Assembly: GCA_050273025.1 (NCBI GenBank)
Contig: CP158636.1
Span: 3,162,001-3,226,000, forward strand
Length of the DNA stretch: 64,000 nt
DNA from: Cenococcum geophilum
Taxonomy: Eukaryota
Direction: 5' to 3'
The position numbers and the translations under genes were made by a program. Under the pieces are notes generated by a model that had not been told where the DNA came from, did not search any database, and worked only from the letters and a program-made list of their open reading frames with translations. Positions within the stretch are counted from its first letter, which is position 1. Each line of letters begins with the position of its first letter. Positions 12,749 through 25,292 of this stretch are shown piece after piece.

Positions 12749-15098
12749 CTAGACCCACCCTGCACTCCCATACCCCGCCGCCTCCGCCTCCACAGCGGTT
12801 CGCCGCACCTCCAGCTCGGCCGGATCAAGCTCAACGTGCTGCAGCCACGGCCCGACGCGCGCAGCACCGCGCCTGCTGCCATCTTTCGCCAGGCCAGCCA
12901 TCACGGCCGCATTCACGGGTGCCGGTTCAGGTGCCGGCTCGGGCTCTTCTTCCACTTGCACTCTTTCCCGAACTGTCCTCCGCCTGTTGACTCTTGGCAG
13001 GACCGGCGGTGGGTTGGATGCGGCTGTGTGGGCACCTCCGGCAGTGGGATAGCGGACCGTGTATGACTCGTTCAGATGGTGCGAACGGGCGTTTCCAAGG
13101 CTGAAGACCTGCACGTTTACCCCGCCCTCTGAGGCAGTAGGTGTTGGGTTGAGTAAAAGCTGGGCCTGCAGATGGGCTGCTAGTGCCTCATCTGCGCGCT
13201 CTTGGACGCGGCGGTCGGTCGTGTGAGAGGTGTAGATGGTGTGGTTGCGGCCGCGGCCGCGGGGAATTTCGTCCCAAGAAGCTTCGTTTTCGAAAACTTC
13301 GACAATGTTGATGGTGGGGTTTTGGTGGACACGAATTTCATTGATACGGTCGCTGTTGTCGATGTTGGAGTAGTTGAACCAGGGACAGTTGCAGGTTTTC
13401 CATTTGGCAGCGCAGAGCATGCAGAATTGGGCTGTGCAACGGCTGTAGTCACCTTTGTCAGCATGATTCTGTCACCTCTAGCTGCTTTTGGCGTTCTTAA
13501 GGGAGTGAATGTAAGATAGGGGTAAAAGAACTAACCAAGTCATGTGGTTGCAGCCCTCTTTCAGCTCAACCATTGTTTTGCAGTTATAGCATCTCTGCCA
13601 GCCCTTTTGCTTCGCCATCTGTACTATCTGCTTCGTCTCTTCATCCTTGGGGCAGTCTTTCCGGATGTGCCAGATCCCATTGCACAGTACACACACCTTC
13701 GTTCTACACCGTCCGCATTTTGCATACTTCCGCCCGACCGTAAGGTCCATGCGGATGCTTGATGGCTTGACCCACTCCCCGCACCCCTTCATTGGACAGT
13801 ATAACCGATCCTTCGTTGTGTACTCTTTATATTTCTGATTCCATAACTTCTTGAACTTATCGTCGAAGAGCCGCTCGACGTACTTCAGGGGAATATGCTC
13901 GGAGGAGCAGCAGGTGGGGGGCATGTGTTGGGGATCGTTGACGGAGAGAGCAAATTGGCGTTTGAGACAGGGATAGCACATTCGGTGACCGCAGGAGAGC
14001 TTAGCGGTTTTGGAGGCTGGGAGGTCATCGGCCATGCAGATTATACATTCGACCCTGGCAAGGGGGTTAGTGGTGTCGAGGCAAGTATATGCCCACAACT
14101 TACTTAAGCTCGGCCTTTTGTACTATTGTTGGCGCTGATCTTGAAGGTGGCGGCTTGAAAAGTGTAGCTAGAAGGCCGGAACTTCTGCGACCGGGCGTGG
14201 CGCTTAGGTTTCCTGGTGTACCCGTCCTTCTGACAACCGACGGAGCGCGAGGGGGTCGAACGGATGGAGGAGCTGTTACGGGAATTTTCACAACTCGAGC
14301 TGTTGTGTTGCTCCGCTTCAAAGAAGGTCTTGTCATATACACTCTGGGAGCCTCGCGAGCAGAAATGCTTCTAGAATAAGTCAGCGGCCGGTTCTCAGAC
14401 CGAGTATCAGGAAGGGATATATACCTATTTAATTTGGGGGCTTCAACTTGTTGAATGGAGACACTCCTTGGAGCTGCACGGGGTTCACTCCGCGGTCGCG
14501 ATTCCTGCCTACTCCTCGCTCCACGACTTCGCAAATCTGGCTCCTCTTCTGCAACACGTCTTGAAGAGCCAGCTACGCCGTGCATCGTGTCTCCATTCCT
14601 CTTTACAGCCCTTACTCTTGACACCCTCACAGTCTCAACTGGCCGTCTTGCTCTGCGCTGCTCTCGTGAAGGTGAAGTATCCCGAACCGAACGAGGCTCC
14701 CTCCGCTCTCGAACCTCTCTTGGCCTGCCGTACACGTAGACTTCGCTGCCCTCGTCCTCTTCTGGCTCCTTTTTCTTCTTGCGCTGTACTACATCTCTCT
14801 CCCTGCGCCATTCCCTCCGCCGACTATCTGCCCTCCGCTCCCTCGACCTCTCGACAATATCCCGCTCCCGTTCTCTCATGTGAACTTCCTGCGCCATGTG
14901 CCTCACACTTCTAGCTCTCATCCTCTCGTCTTCCGGGCGACTGTAATATTCCGACCGTGCCCTTCTCAATTCGTCTAAACCCAGCCCAGCCGGGTCCCGC
15001 TCAAAATCGTCGTCGCGCTTCTCGTGGTAGGGTCTGTGGCGCCTGGTGCGACGCCTAGGACGGTGCTCGTCGGTATAAGAGTCCAGGTTTCTGGCCAT
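12749..15098 (-). CDS. RBR (RING-IBR-RING) E3 ubiquitin ligase with R/E-rich N-terminus
   Basis: ECIIC..LSCGHRMCYPC (RING1), YCPMKGC..KCGRC..VCVLC (IBR), QRCYNC..GCNHMT|..CMLC (RING2). Several exons; ATG at 15098. Confidence 0.9.
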
Positions 15099-15683
15099 AA
15101 GTGCAGAGTGCGTGATCCATGGGAGCCTCGCGGCAGCGAAAGCGAGGCAAAAAAAAAGGGTTTGGTGTGCGGGCGTGAGAGTCCGTATGGTGCGCTGACT
15201 GATACCTGGGCGAGGGCGTCGCCGGCTGGCCGGCCGTGCGAGTTGGGTTGATGTGCAGGGCGGTGAGAAGCGCGGGTCGGGCAGGGTCCGTGTGTCGAGC
15301 TTAGGGCTTAGGGCAGGGGGAAGGGTGCGAGTTGCGACCACGGCTCGGGCCATTCGTCACTGAATCCGTCACCCGACACCCTTTAGGGACATCATCTGAG
15401 TCGGGCCTGCAAGCCATCTGTTGGGCCGCCTGTCGTTGTCCGTCTGATATGCTTGTGGGCCGGTCACGGCAGAGCAAGTTGCTGTTGTCAGGTATGTATG
15501 CAGTCTGAGAGGGCCAAAGCTTTCTGCCATTCCCAATGCCCTTCCGACCTGGCAGCCACAAAGGGAACGTACATGTATAGTAGCGTTCATGGGTATCCAT
15601 TTCCCACTTACATAGCAGAAACCCCGCCCCCGAAAAAAAGGCCCGACCCCAAAATAGGCCCAGCAGGAACACCAGTTCTCCAC

Positions 15684-17188
15684 TCAATCCTTCTCTAAAC
15701 TGATTTGGGTTGAGACCTCCCATTTCTGCCCCCCACTCCCATAACCGCCTCCTAACCTGTTCCGAACCAGACTACCTACTCGATCCCTAAGTCGGCCGAT
15801 TTCCTCCAGACTCCTTACTCTGAGCTTCAGGTTTGCCTGGCATAGCCCATAGTGCACTTGCCAGAATTTAGCCTCTTCAACAGCAATGACAGCCGGGTCC
15901 GTTTCGATGTCGTGGATGACTCCCGCAACTCCAGGTCCGGAGTATGACATCATGAGCATCTTTCCAAGAGTCCAGCCAAGTCGCCAGCCTAGTGCGACCA
16001 TCGAGATGGCGACGGCAAAGGAGAGGGTGCGGTCTAGCCAGACGTACATCTGAATACTCAAAAGAGGTAGGAGGAGGAGCAGAGCAGAGCACGAGAGAGT
16101 AAGGAAGTGCGAAGGGTTGCTGAGAACGGAGGGGAGCGAGGCGATGGCCCCTAATCTCGTCACCTTGCCAATCCGTGCATGATTCTTAAGTAAAATGGCA
16201 GAAACGAGGGTGGACATGATGGCGCATAGAGCAGCAAGATCAATGCTTCCAGGCGAAACGCGTTTGTGTTCGTGCGGATGATGCGCTTCATGCCCACCTT
16301 TGTCCTCCAGGGCGTGTGTGAGGCTGTGCGAGATCAAGTCGAGGCCCAAAAAGAGGAGTCCTACAGACATGCCGAGGCCTGCGACGACTTCAGAGCGCTC
16401 AAACCCAAAGGGGTGTCGTATGCTTGACCGTTTCCACACCTCAAAGTTCCCGCCTACATCTACGGCGACGCAGAGGAATGCTCCCAAAGCATCATAGCAG
16501 AGTAATCGTGATAGCACTGTTAGTGCTAAGGATTCATGGGCGCTCCATTGAACAAAGCCTGCTACGAAGAGATGGCAGAAGCACCATACTCCTCTTAGGG
16601 TCTGCTCCCTTGACATGCTCGACCGATATTCTTTGAATGTGGGTATTGGGAGAGAGGCGGGTAATTGGAGAGGCGCACGAGGAGGCGGCTCTAAGAATAT
16701 CTGATGAGATACGCTACTATGTTTGTATTTGTGACCGCGACGCCGTCCAATATCCTGTTAGTGTCAGAATATATAATTCAAGTGGTGAATATACATACGG
16801 CTTTATTTGCAGCTGGCTTTCCGGCGGTATACTGTACAGGCTGGAAGTTGAATGGGTTCTGGACCTTCTCAGATCCACTCAGAGATGGCGTATCATTCTC
16901 GCTCCCTCCACCCATGGCACTCATAGGACTGTACGGGAATGTCGAGCTAGCCGGGCTGAAGATAGTACTCGGTGTAGGTCGTTGGGACATTGAGGTACCA
17001 GGACCACCAAGAGTGCTAAGCCGCTCAGGAGGAAAGGTGGCAGATAGTGGAGACAAAGCATCTGGATTGAATCTTAGTCGTGCAGGGGAGTATGGCTGGT
17101 CCAATCCCAAGCCAACTGGCTTCTCGTCGTCTTCGGGGGGTGGTGTAGGTGTCCGCGGCGGGGCTGGAATAGGCATTCCAGATGCCAT
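15684..17188 (-). CDS. zrg17: Cation diffusion facilitator (zinc transporter), Zrg17-like
   Basis: N-terminal PPRTPTPP, RRGH.YKHSS motif after the intron, multiple TMs, HPFGFERSEV, His-rich loop GGHEAHHPHEH, C-terminal FWQVHY. Confidence 0.8.
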
Positions 17189-17486
17189 GATGTCGGAAAT
17201 ATATGGTAAGGTACAATTGCGGGTTATGTGCACTCCATCAGTAATATAATCAAGCAATCAAATTGCTATAATGTGGTGGTGAGATATAAAGAAGGGAGAA
17301 TGTTTTGGACGCCAACGGTGCGGGGTTACTTCGGCAATCATTGCTGCATTTCAGACTCTTCGCCCGTTCTCCGCAACCATCACCGCATCCTGCCCAGGTG
17401 GATTGGTGCTGATGGCAACCCCTCAACGATGAACAACAATAAATAGCCCAACATTGGGCAGTGGATGGGTTTGGCAAGACAAGAGC

Positions 17487-18602
17487 ATGGAAAATGGGCA
17501 AGCCGCAACACAAAACGGCGGCGTTGGCGTGCTCCATAATTTGCTTACAAACGGAGATGTGAGCAGCAAAGCCAGCGATGCGGGTCCCGGAGGACACAAA
17601 CGAAGTCTATCTGGGAGTATAATGGCCAAGTTACCCTTCCTGCGGTCCTCCACCGAAGATAACACTCCGCGATCACCACCGAAAGGCGAAGATGATCCTC
17701 CCGAAAATGACCATGACGATGATATCCCTAAGCGAAGCTCCGCAATGGCTAACGCGATGCGCCAGAGTAAGGGGCGTAAACGTAAAGGCTCATTGAGAAA
17801 AACCGCTATTTTGGGAACTGGCAAGCTACGTGAACGACGTAACTCGATGCTCGATCACCAGAAAAGATCTGATGGCCCTCGAAGTCCTTCAAAGCAAACA
17901 GCTGATCCTCATGGCGACACGAGCCCTACATCTCCAGATGAGGAGACAACTCCTCGCCGGTTCAGCTATGAGAACCCATCCCTAACATCTTCCTCAGAAA
18001 ACGGCTGGACGCCTCCCCAGAAACTTACTCTCAACACTGATACCACGCAAACACAAGAGATTCACGACCACGCAACACCTCGTGCGCTTGCGTCTCCACT
18101 CACCAGCCCTCTCAGCGCATATGCCTCTACAACTGACGATGATGATGGTCTTTCCTTCTCTCGGCGTGCTCTTTTTGGTAACAGCAGCTCGTATTACCCT
18201 GTACAACTTCAACCACCGGGCCAATCATCGTCTATCCAACGCCGCCGTTCCAACAAGGCTACATCCTCCATCCCGCTTCCACACACGCCATCTACCACCA
18301 TTTTAGAGGAGGAATGGGACTATAGCGAGACAGAATGGTGGGGCTGGGTTGTGCTCATTGTAACTTGGATTGTCTTCGTGGTGGGCATGGGATCATGTCT
18401 TGGCATCTGGAGCTGGGCTTGGGATGTAGGAGAGACGCCATATGCGCCGCCAGAGCTGGAGGATGATCCGACATTGCCAATTACCGGCTACTATCCCGCT
18501 TTGATGGTGCTCACTGCTGTTATGGCGTGGGTGTGGGTTGTGGTGGCTTGGGTGGGCATGAAATATTTCAGGCATGCTAAAGTTGTTGGAGAGGATGGAT
18601 AA
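17487..18602 (+). CDS. PIG-Y-domain membrane protein with long disordered N-terminus
   Basis: Two C-terminal TM segments, ending GYYPALMVLTAVMAWVWVVVAWVGMKYFRH, resembling the PIG-Y (GPI-GlcNAc transferase subunit Y) family. Confidence 0.7.
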   Translation: MENGQAATQNGGVGVLHNLLTNGDVSSKASDAGPGGHKRSLSGSIMAKLPFLRSSTEDNTPRSPPKGEDDPPENDHDDDIPKRSSAMANAMRQSKGRKRKGSLRKTAILGTGKLRERRNSMLDHQKRSDGPRSPSKQTADPHGDTSPTSPDEETTPRRFSYENPSLTSSSENGWTPPQKLTLNTDTTQTQEIHDHATPRALASPLTSPLSAYASTTDDDDGLSFSRRALFGNSSSYYPVQLQPPGQSSSIQRRRSNKATSSIPLPHTPSTTILEEEWDYSETEWWGWVVLIVTWIVFVVGMGSCLGIWSWAWDVGETPYAPPELEDDPTLPITGYYPALMVLTAVMAWVWVVVAWVGMKYFRHAKVVGEDG

Positions 18603-18877
18603 GGTAGATTTGGAAAGGAGGCCGTTTCACAGCTCAAGACGAAGCCATGATATCATTAACAAACTGGGGTTGGTCTGAATCTTTGGCGTTCCATATTCAC
18701 TCCAGCGCCTAGCGTCTCCACATCTCCACCTGCCATTTAATCACTATAATCGCATCTCGCTAATTCATTCACACATGGGCCTTTATCAAGGGCACTTCTC
18801 TTTTCACTTTGACACATTCTTCCAACTACCTCTCATCTCGCCTTGAGGAGTCTCCATCTTCTGCGAGTAGTAGTCAA

Positions 18878-20068
18878 ATGGACAGTACTCTTCAGATCAT
18901 GCACAGGTTGTTTACTAGAAATGCATCCAACGACAAGATCATATCTAGACCTGCGCCTGTGACGGTGTCTCCAACAGCTCTTCCAACAGGCCCTTCAACA
19001 ACGCCTCCAATGGCGCCCCCTATCCAGCCACGACAGAATACAGAAAGCCTGGCCGGGCTGCGACGAAATCCACCACGCAAGGCGCGCCGAGTAACGATAT
19101 TAGACATCAACGGTTCAGACAGTGAAGATATGAAGAGGCCAGTAAAGTGAGTTAATCATTATCGGCATCTACACTAGATGCTAAGCACTAATAGGCCTCA
19201 TTTCAGGAAGCGGTCGTTACGGAAACCTAGACCTTTCCGATTCCTCAACCTCCCAGCTGAGCTTCGCAATATGGTTTATGGATACCTTCTCATCAACAAT
19301 CGTTGCAAGAACGATCCCGTCTTCAGTGCCCCGGAAATAAAGAAAGGTATAAGGAAGCGTGTAGCCATCAATAGAAGGAGGCAAACTCTATCCAAAAAGA
19401 GAGAGGAGGAAGGGAAGAAATCCGTTCAACGCAGGGCGCCGACTACCGAACCACTTGCATACATCAGCATTCTTTCTGCCTGCAAACAAATTCACGACGA
19501 GGCAAAGGATATCCTCTATAGGAAGAACTCATTTCGCATAGCCATTCGAAACTTCAAGTGGGACAATAATCCTGAGTACATGCAGTTGGATTGCGGTCTT
19601 TACGGCTGGGATTTCCCCCGAATCACAAACTTACAGCTGGAGCTCTCTATAGATTGGCATGCCGACCTTGCCACACGCGTCAATTGGGTTGGTCTCACTA
19701 AAGCTATGCCAGCCTTAAGGAGGCTTCAAGTATTTGTTACGCTTCCGGATCCTTCGCGTTGGGGTAGGAGTGAGCTCAGTGATTGGGGACAGGTTGACTG
19801 GAAGTACAAGGCCATTTTCAGGGACCTTGTTGCAGCAATTCCTAAGTCCGTCAATGTTAAGTGGGGTCTTACTCTTAGACAGAAGGTTCGAGACTTTAAA
19901 GATAAAGACTATGTTGAAGGCAGGGTGTTACGCGCAATGTATCGGGAGTTCGAAAATCAGCAGGGAATTGACTTAGAGACTCCCGGCGCCACGGAAGGGA
20001 ATGAGGATGATGCGGAGAGTGTGGTAGATCCGAACACTGACTACAGTGGTGTTTTCGATGAGGACTGA
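18878..20068 (+). CDS. F-box-like (2EXR-type) domain protein
   Basis: FRFLNLPAELRNMVYGYLL ... ILSACKQIHDEAKDILY..NSF signature. One intron near 19147-19200. Confidence 0.7.
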
Positions 20069-20495
20069 AACAGGGTACCTAAGAGGATATCACTATATCA
20101 ATTTCTAGAATACTTGCTTCGGAGTGCTTTCGGAAGGGTTACTTTGAGTCATCATGGTGGATATTAGCGACTTGTAGTCAACGAGCCAGAAGCAGACATT
20201 GGAACTCAAATATCGTCCAAAAATTCGGGGATATTACTGTCCCTCTAAGGGTTTCTAGCAGCAATTTGAACCGTAATGTCACTACAAGAATAATTGCAAA
20301 GGGACCTTTAAATTTTAAATTTAAGACGGCGGGTTCTTGAACCTGACCGAAGAACGTAAAATGCCGCGAGCCTGCGGAATACGGGCGTGGCAAATTTAAT
20401 TCGCCAATCTCCGCGCCAAGATAAGACTAAACATCAACTCAAGGTCCAACAAGCTAAAGCCGGAATTCAGGCTTCGTGGTATCATTCTCGCAGCC

Positions 20496-21434
20496 ATGCA
20501 AACTTCCCAGTTGGCAAACTCTCTCGCCACAGCAGAGCAGATTTCATCTTCGGGATCCCAACTAGATGGCATTCCCGCTGACCTTGAAAACTCCATTCAG
20601 TTCGCAGGCGCAAGACTCATCCAGGCCGCTGGAATATTACTTCGACTTCCTCAAGAGATAATAGCGCAGGCAATTGTGATATTTACGAGATTCTGGATAG
20701 GATCAGAAGGTGGGAGTCTCGCCGAATATGGTGCTGAGGTGGGGTTGCGTATCATCAATTTCGAGCTCAGATTGAGCTAATACAGCCCATAGCAAGTTTC
20801 CTCAGCCTCCTTATACCTCATCGCGAAGCTCTCTGCATATCCTAAATCACCCCGCAGTATCTTGAATGTTTACGCTTACCTGGATTCATTCCCTTCTACA
20901 TTCATCGAACCTGAGAAGTTGCAAACGAACAATACTGAATCATGTTATCTTTCAGAGGGATCATACCATGCTCAGCGCACTCTCCTTCTAAGGACAGAAG
21001 CCCATATTCTCCGCATCCTTAGCTTCCAAACACACGTGTCTCTACCGTACACTCTATGCATTAATTACCTCCAGACTCTTGATGTGTTCAACCAACCGCG
21101 TGCCTCGGAACTCGCGAAACGAGCGTTTGCGCACCTCAACACAGCACTCCTTAGTCCGCAACTACTATATCTTACACATCAGCCTCCTTGTCTTGCCACT
21201 GCTGCTATTTATCTGGCAGCTAGGGAGGTTGGAGTTAAGCTACCTGATAATGAGTGGTGGGAGGTCTTTGATACAGATCGGGAAGAGCTTGGGTTTTTAG
21301 TCGTTGGGCTGATGAGCATGGAAGGATTTGTGGCAGAGGAAAAGGCAAAATGGGGGAAGAGGAAAGTCCCAATGACCGTAGACGATGTGGAGGCTGAGAT
21401 AGAAAGAAGGAAAATAATGAATGGCAATGGCTGA
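20496..21434 (+). CDS. Cyclin L-like cyclin
   Basis: SQLDGIPADLE..AGARLIQAAGILLRLPQ..AQAIVIFTRF cyclin box, and LATAAIYLAAR..WWEVFD. Intron 20739-20792. Confidence 0.88.
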
Positions 21435-21878
21435 AATAGAATAGTCTGAGACTACACGCCACCGTATGGCAGCACGACGCAAAAATAGTCGCCTATCTGC
21501 ATTTAAGACAGGCGCAGTGTTTCTCGACCTTAAACTACTTCAAGACGTTGTCTTGGAGTTCAACAAAAATTTCTCAGCACAACGTAAGATTACCATCCTA
21601 AACTGTTAAAGACAGGGCTGAAAAATCAGAGGATTTCTTTGTTCACTTGATGCCGTCAATATTCATGCACGCCGTCGTGTCCGCAATGTATATCTACAGC
21701 GTGCGAGTTGTTCCTTGCAAACAACGCCTTTGTTCTTTGATAACACATTATAATTCTATATTATATATCCCCATCCATGCACCGAATTTGTCACGATTGT
21801 GGACTACTTTAGCATTTCCTCTCGTTCTTCATTACGAACCTCAATGGTTGAATCTTTGCTCCATCAAAAGCCAGCAAA

Positions 21879-22673
21879 ATGCAGAGAATACCTAGTGTTT
21901 CTCTCAATCCAGAATACAATCTTCTCGCCAGCTCCACTGAGCACTTCCAGAGGGGAGACGGTGGGCGCCGACAAGTGCCTCTCGCTCTACTTAATACGCG
22001 GTTCGGTCGCACCCAAGAAGTGCGGCCACAACCATCTAAGCAAAGGCTGAGAGACACTTCGTTTGCTCGTCAAACAGCTTCCTTGCCACCTGCTCCAATA
22101 TCTGCGGGCCAAGACCCTTCAAATATCACGAATCCGGCTCATATGCCGATAGCACAGGGCTTTCCCGCTCAACTAACTCAGCCTCCTAACAAGCAGTCTA
22201 ATGATGAGTCTGACGAGGAGTTTGACTTAATTTACGAGTGGTACACAAACCCTACGCTAACAACAAACCATTTTTTAAAGTACGTAAAGCCGAGGAGAAC
22301 TCCATGCTTGTCCAATGAACCCCCAGACTTATTTTATGAAGGCTACGAGAGCTCTTACCCATTACCGGAGGTCGGAGTATCAGATCGCAACCTGCTTCCA
22401 AGCCAACAACCAAGTCTTTCAGAAAGACCGAGCCAAGCCAGAGGGAGTTCATGGAATCATATGAACTTAGACAAGGAAGTTGCAACAGCAAACCTTCCCT
22501 TAACCCAGAGCGATCTCCGAAATGAGAGGCCCGAAGCGAGCTCGGGCAATAGTGAGTTATCAGCAAGCTACGATAGGCATTTGTATCAAACTGATTTATT
22601 CAGCAAACCAACTAGCAGATTTTATAGATCTATTAAAAACGTTAAAAATATTATTAAGCTTATTAATTATTAA
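21879..22673 (+). CDS. Hypothetical P/S-rich ORF; 3' end appears RIP-damaged
   Basis: 264-codon ORF. The last ~25 codons turn abruptly AT-rich (KNVKNIIKLINY*) next to an LTR remnant. Confidence 0.4.
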   Translation: MQRIPSVSLNPEYNLLASSTEHFQRGDGGRRQVPLALLNTRFGRTQEVRPQPSKQRLRDTSFARQTASLPPAPISAGQDPSNITNPAHMPIAQGFPAQLTQPPNKQSNDESDEEFDLIYEWYTNPTLTTNHFLKYVKPRRTPCLSNEPPDLFYEGYESSYPLPEVGVSDRNLLPSQQPSLSERPSQARGSSWNHMNLDKEVATANLPLTQSDLRNERPEASSGNSELSASYDRHLYQTDLFSKPTSRFYRSIKNVKNIIKLINY

Positions 22674-22914
22674 TTTATATTTATATTTATATTTATATTA
22701 CATCAATAAGTTTTTCTAAAAAATATATATATAGGTCACTACTAGTTATATACCCCCTAATTGATATATATACACTCCCTACCCAAACAAGCTTAAAACC
22801 TTCCACTTTAAATAGGTGTAAGAGTATACATATTAGATCCCGCAAGAGTCGCGATAGATTCGCAATCACTCTGTCTTTTTGGCCGTATGGCGACGTGGTG
22901 CGGGACACGTTACA

Positions 22915-23261
22915 ATAGGTTAATGTACTACTAAATCCGACTAGTATTAGCCTTTAACTTAATAACTTTAATCTATTCGTTTTAGTTATTTAGGCTTACT
23001 AGGATTCCCGATAAGATAGGCATTTATAATTAAGACAATAATAGAAGTAAGGCTTTAAATTAAGAATAATAATATAGTAGACGGCCCGGGCTTATAACTA
23101 TCGATTGAAGATAGCTGTAAAAGGCTTAGTTAATAGAATAGGATCTATTGGTAGCCAGGTAACTAGAATTCCAAGCCGAGGACTAGAAGAAGGTCGAGGA
23201 GAGGACATCTATATACATGGCGCCAAGCCCCTAGCCGAGCCCCTGACTAGGGTCTGTAACA
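22915..23261 (-). mobile_element. Copia-type retrotransposon fragment: 5' LTR (~23100-23261) + PBS + start of the internal region
   Basis: The minus strand begins TGTTACA at 23261. About 160 bp later comes gttataagcccggg (23098-23085), a RIP version of the Copia-type GGTTATGAGCCC primer-binding site. A second TGTAAC LTR-like start lies at 22914. Confidence 0.6.
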
Positions 23262-23982
23262 GTGCCGTATTAATGGCTCTAGAAGCTCTCTATATACATA
23301 AGGTAGGTGCAGGCAATAGAAATAGGTGGTAAGCAATACGATGGTAAGAAACAGGGTGGTGAGTCGTAAGGTAATGGGCATTAAAGATAGTGGTAAGACA
23401 GTGGTAAGAAAATCCGATTCACGTCAACACTGTTCTACTAGCCCTTAACGCAGAATTTTGACCGTCCATGGGAATGCAGGATCTTTTTCTCACCAGTTCA
23501 AAGATATACCAGGAGGCCTACGAGAATTACCAACTTTTACTCTGAGACAGTCGATCCACTCTCCTTCAAATCGATATTTTACTCGTACACTAGCGGCTTC
23601 GAAAAATATGCCAGGCCTTTTAATATCTAGCCTCCCTTGATGCTCTTCTGAGCGCTGGATTTAATCGCCGAATCCATGGAAAGAATATCAGACAATTCCC
23701 ATTTTCAATAGAAGCTTCAAAGAGCATCAAACTTATTGATATTGTCGAACTGGATCGGAGTTCCTTACTACCATCTTACTACTGTCTTCAAGACTAGAAC
23801 CCTATGTCTCACTACCCCGCTACTTACCTCGTATGTCTCATCGAATGTCTCATCGAATGTCTCATTACCTGTTTCCATTACCGAATGACGACGCAGTCGT
23901 CATTCTAATTGCAACCTATTTGCCACCTATCTGGTGTATATATAGAGGCTCTAGAAGCCCTCTTTAATAAACAGAGTTCTCA
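23262..23982. repeat. Degenerate long inverted repeat (fold-back/MITE-like)
   Basis: Left arm gatagtggtaagacagtggtaagaaaatccgattcacgtcaaca (~23386-23429) versus the reverse complement of the right arm gacagtagtaagatggtagtaaggaactccgatccagttcgacaa (~23742-23787). The outer tattaa..ctctaga..ctctatatac..taggtg motifs also mirror each other. Confidence 0.55.
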
Positions 23983-24149
23983 TACCTAATTGTCCGTTCG
24001 ACAGATATTTATTATATGCTGCTTGTCCATTTATCAGAACTACTAGTGGGTATACCTCTTTCCATTCATCGGCAAGGAATGAGTCCGACAGTGAAAATTT
24101 AAATCTTTAGTGCCGTGAATTATCCAAACACTTCTGCTTTACAATGTCT

Positions 24150-25292
24150 TCAATATTCAAATTTCTGTCCGACAAGATTCTCACTCAGCTTCCACAGCCT
24201 CTCCGCGTTATCTTTATCAACTGCATACGGCATTGTTACATCGCCATGGTCGATCTGGCAGTCAACCAAATACGCTCCACTGTTTTCCGCAATTGTCGGA
24301 TCAAACGCCGCGACAACAGTCGTGGAAGCACCCTGCGACAGAGTCTTGAATGTCCAATCCGCTGTATTCCGCACATTTCCATTCTCATCAAGTACACCTA
24401 GATAAACAATGAATTTCAGCAGCTAATTAGCACTTTAGGAGTCATGGCGCTCACCTCTCGCCTTCCACGCCCCGGTAGGGATATGCCGACCTAGATTTGT
24501 CCAGATGGCACCAGGATGTAGACTGAAAGCCACTGCGCCTTTCGACTTCAGCTTCTCAGCTAGCGAAACCGAGAAGAGCATGTTCGCTGTCTTTGACTGC
24601 CCGTATGCTAGGCTCGGGTCATAATCCTTCCCATTCTGCGTACAAGAATGAGCATTTCTTCTCAGGTCAAACAACAGCTCAGGAACACTTACCCCAAAAT
24701 TCCAATCCTCAAACCTCGCCGGGCCATATCTGTGTCCCCTACTACTGACATTTACAATCCTGGCACCATTTCTAGCTGCTAAAATCTTGCCCATGACCAA
24801 ATTCGTAAACAAAAACGTGCCGACATGGTTCGTTGCAAATTGTGTCTCGATGCCATCCTCGCTCAACGCAAATGGACACATCATTACTCCTGCATTGTTG
24901 ATCAACACATCGATTGGCTCTGTCCAGCTATTGACTTCTTCTGCAGCTGCGCGGACGGTTCTGAATGAGCTTAAGTCTAGTTGAAGAAGTCGAGTCCTGA
25001 CGCCCGGGGCAGCAGCTTTGATAGTAGTATCGGCTTCAGCCAGTTTAGAAGGGGAGCGCGCGGCGAGGATGAGTAAGGAAGGAGAGTGCAGGGCGATGCC
25101 GCGCGCGGTTTCGAGGCCGATACCGCCGGGGGAGACACCGGTGACAAGGACTAAAGTATTTTTAATTAACCGACTGAGTCAACAAGCAGATAAGGGTCCT
25201 GTCTACGAACCGGTCTTTCCATCTATTTGATCAGAAAATTTCTCTGCAGCCTCTTCAGCTGTAGTGCTGTGGTCGAATTGGAACATTTTCAT
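24150..25292 (-). CDS. Short-chain dehydrogenase/reductase (retinol dehydrogenase/WWOX-like)
   Basis: LVTGVSPGGIG, LINNAGVM, QFATNHVG, YGQSK catalytic motif, LHPG, AERLWKLSE. Three introns. Confidence 0.92.
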
